Assembly (NCBI RefSeq): GCF_000737315.1
Contig: NZ_JMCB01000038.1
Coordinates: forward strand, 1 to 5,947
DNA from: Hyalangium minutum
GTDB lineage: Bacteria > Myxococcota > Myxococcia > Myxococcales > Myxococcaceae
Length of the DNA: 5,947 nucleotides
Direction: 5' to 3'
In this document: positions 1 to 5,947 of the stretch, in pieces
Position numbering within the stretch: position 1 is the stretch's first letter
How the letters are laid out: every line of letters starts with the position of its first letter
Translations under genes and position numbers: made by a program
The notes under the pieces: generated by a model
The model's database searches: none
What the model was told of the DNA's origin: nothing
Seen by the model: the letters and a program-made list of their open reading frames with translations, nothing else

Positions 1-44
1 AAAAAAAAGCGCCCCTGGGGCCCAATGAAGGGCGCCAGGGGCGC
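1..44 (-). terminator. Rho-independent terminator of the rRNA operon
   Basis: Minus strand reads GCGCCCCTGG-C-GCCC-TTCATT-GGGC-C-CCAGGGGCGC-TTTTTTTT. This is a 10-bp GC stem (9-18 with 35-44), a 1x1 mismatch, a 4-bp stem, a 6-nt loop and a tail of at least 8 U (1-8, possibly cut by the window edge). It starts 13 nt after the 5S 3' end. Confidence 0.93.
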
Positions 45-57
45 ATGAGTAAAAAAA

Positions 58-174
<117 letters not shown>

Positions 175-182
175 AAATGGGC

Positions 183-333
183 GACAAGGCACATACGAAG
201 GCAGAAATGATTGCTGCTGAGAAGAGAAGCTGTATGCCGTGATTCTCTCGGGCCGGCGTGCCACCTAGGGCACCACCGGGCCTCGACCTTGGCCTCGAAT
301 CCCTTACTCCCCGTGAGGGAGCGTGCAAGAGAT
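183..333 (-). other. 3' arm of the pre-23S processing stalk (23S-5S spacer)
   Basis: Blockwise reverse complement of 3313-3528, e.g. 192-206 with 3506-3520 (15/15), 239-253 with 3393-3407, and 278-298 with 3356-3376. Confidence 0.85.
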
Positions 334-339
334 GAGGAT

Positions 340-3306
<2,967 letters not shown>

Positions 3307-3312
3307 ACCCTG

Positions 3313-3528
3313 ATCTCTCGTCTTCACGCCCACCTCCCGGCGGGATTGTCGAAACTCGAGACCAAGATCCAGGCCCCCGCTCTTCGCGGCGAGCCCGAAA
3401 GAATCACTTGCTTGATGCTGCCTCCCTCAGAGACTTCGCCTCACGGCGTTGCCTTCCCCTGGGAGTCAGCTTGAGAACTTCTCTTGACTCAGCAGAAATC
3501 TTAAATTCTGCCTTCGTATGCACTTGTC
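3313..3528 (-). other. 5' arm of the pre-23S processing stalk
   Basis: Blockwise complementary to 183-333; see findings for the paired segments. Confidence 0.85.
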
Positions 3529-3536
3529 AAAGAACG
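3524..3536 (-). promoter_or_regulatory. boxA antitermination element upstream of 23S
   Basis: Minus strand CGTTCTTTGACAA resembles the rrn boxA consensus (E. coli TGCTCTTTAACAA) and lies at the usual position between the spacer tRNAs and 23S. Confidence 0.8.
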
Positions 3537-3573
3537 CTTCCCTCGGGCTGTACCACCGCCTTTGGAAAACTTG

Positions 3574-3646
3574 TGGAGCTGATCGGGATCGAACCGACGA
3601 CATCCAGCTTGCAAAGCTGGCGCTCTCCCAGCTGAGCTACAGCCCC
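3574..3646 (-). tRNA. tRNA-Ala(UGC), 73 nt, CCA not encoded
   Basis: GGGGCTGTAGCTCAGCTGGGAGAGCG-CCAGC-TT-TGC-AA-GCTGG-ATGTC-GTCGG-TTCGATC-CCGAT-CAGCTCC-A. Anticodon TGC is at 3611-3613 and the G3-U70 alanine determinant is present. The gene is followed by CAA, not CCA. Confidence 0.98.
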
Positions 3647-3725
3647 TCGAGGCCCTTCTTACTGCAAAACCTTAGGGGAAGCCATGCTGGCGGCCACCGA
3701 GCTGCCACTCTCATTAGAGTGGAGT

Positions 3726-3802
3726 TGGTGGGCCTAGGTGGACTTGAACCACCGACCTCGCGCTTATCAGGCGCGCGCTCTAGCCAGCTGAGCTATAGGC
3801 CC
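3726..3802 (-). tRNA. tRNA-Ile(GAU), 77 nt, CCA encoded
   Basis: GGGCCTATAGCTCAGCTGGCTAGAGCG-CGCGC-CT-GAT-AA-GCGCG-AGGTC-GGTGG-TTCAAGT-CCACC-TAGGCCC-A-CCA. Anticodon GAT is at 3766-3768. Confidence 0.98.
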
Positions 3803-3854
3803 AGAGAGGCTGGCTGCGCAAAGCGGGAGAGATACCCGATTATCAGCATCCAGA

Positions 3855-3867
3855 GTGTCAAAGAACC
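3855..3867 (-). promoter_or_regulatory. Additional boxA-like element upstream of tRNA-Ile
   Basis: Minus strand GGTTCTTTGACAC shares the core GTTCTTTGACA with the boxA at 3524-3536. Confidence 0.55.
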
Positions 3868-3875
3868 GAGCCGTG

Positions 3876-3919
3876 CTCGGTCCTTCAAAACCAAATAGCA
3901 AACCCTTTTGACGATTGCG
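3876..3919 (-). other. 3' arm of the pre-16S processing stalk
   Basis: 3876-3905 pairs with 5696-5725 (27 Watson-Crick, 2 G-U, 1 G-G on the transcript). 3910-3919 pairs with 5678-5687 (10/10). Confidence 0.88.
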
Positions 3920-3998
3920 TAGCTATTGACCTAGTTGACCACGGCGGCTTGCGCCGCCTGGTGCACCCTGCTCTGCCTAGGCAGTGCCGTGCACCCGG

Positions 3999-5543
<1,545 letters not shown>

Positions 5544-5677
5544 TATTCTGTCGAGTTGAACCGGCGTCAGTCTGGCTTCCGGCTAAGGAAAACCAAACTC
5601 GCTGTTCATATGGTGCTCCGGGCTCGCGCTCTCGCGCTTTCCTCTTAGAGCACCTCGGAAATTGACTGCGAAGCTTC

Positions 5678-5725
5678 CGCAATCGTCTTCTTCTTGGGCT
5701 TGCTATTTGGTTTTCAAAGACCGAG
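5678..5725 (-). other. 5' arm of the pre-16S processing stalk
   Basis: Reverse complement of 3876-3919 in two blocks of 30 bp and 10 bp. Confidence 0.88.
5711..5723 (-). promoter_or_regulatory. Leader boxA, preceded by a possible boxB-like hairpin (5725-5744)
   Basis: Minus strand CGGTCTTTGAAAA lies about 70 nt downstream of P2. Immediately 5' of it is a 5-bp hairpin, GCCGT-N10-ACGGC. Confidence 0.7.
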
Positions 5726-5799
5726 CCGTTGTACTGCTCACGGCTTTCTGCTACCGTTCCCGCTTCTCAGCGGTTTCCCCTCAACAACCGGGGGCGATT

Positions 5800-5828
5800 C
5801 TTTTATTCGAGGCGGTCCGGCTTGTCAA
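5800..5828 (-). promoter_or_regulatory. rrn P2-like sigma70-type promoter
   Basis: Perfect -35 TTGACA (5828-5823), 17-nt spacer, -10 TAAAAG (5805-5800), then AATCGCCCCC. Confidence 0.72.
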
Positions 5829-5907
5829 CTTCGCCTTTTCCGCTTTCTCCTCTTCGCTTCTGAACCCGCCCAGTGGCTTCGTTCTTTCGCTTCGAGGAGG
5901 GGCGCGG

Positions 5908-5937
5908 CTTTTACTTCGCCGCCGCCTTCTCTGTCAA
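5908..5937 (-). promoter_or_regulatory. rrn P1-like sigma70-type promoter
   Basis: Perfect -35 TTGACA (5937-5932), 18-nt spacer, -10 TAAAAG (5913-5908), then a GC-rich discriminator CCGCGCCCC. It lies 109 bp upstream of P2. Confidence 0.7.
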
Positions 5938-5947
5938 CCGGTTTCGG

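Noticed and set aside
3408-3898. ORFs 3408-3635 and 3518-3898 on the plus strand
   Set aside because: Antisense to tRNA-Ala and tRNA-Ile; typical tRNA shadow ORFs.
3943-3994. GC hairpins and palindromes right after 16S (3943-3958, 3961-3994)
   Set aside because: No U tract follows, so they are not terminators. They are ordinary spacer structures, with no evidence of REP or MITE identity from a single window.
5623-5638. Tandem CTCGCGCT x2 inside a hairpin (5612-5618 with 5648-5654) in the 16S leader
   Set aside because: Only two 8-nt units; ordinary leader variation, not a repeat array or CRISPR.
5830-5919. GCGAA repeated four times on the purine-rich transcribed strand around P1-P2 (5830, 5853, 5886, 5915)
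   Set aside because: A 5-mer with irregular spacing (23, 33 and 29 nt) in compositionally skewed sequence; not enough to call a binding site or UP element.

Overview
The window is one complete ribosomal RNA operon on the minus strand. In transcription order it holds two tandem sigma70-type promoters, a leader with boxA, 16S rRNA, tRNA-Ile(GAU), tRNA-Ala(UGC), 23S rRNA, 5S rRNA and an intrinsic terminator. The 16S variable regions (short h39 and h44 tips, V1-V3) resemble my recollection of myxobacterial 16S (Myxococcales, Cystobacterineae, possibly Archangium/Cystobacter/Stigmatella-like); this assignment is from memory, not a search. There is no credible protein-coding gene, intron, intervening sequence, mobile element or CRISPR array, and I see no new multi-gene system. 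All listed ORFs are shadows of structural RNA. The points worth a second look are RNA-level: an approximately 85-90 bp pre-23S stalk that uses almost the whole 23S-5S spacer, two promoters that both carry the non-canonical -10 TAAAAG, a third boxA that copies the leader boxA with its flank and sits in a competing hairpin, and small lineage-type rRNA indels. Mature rRNA ends are estimates, within a few nt.
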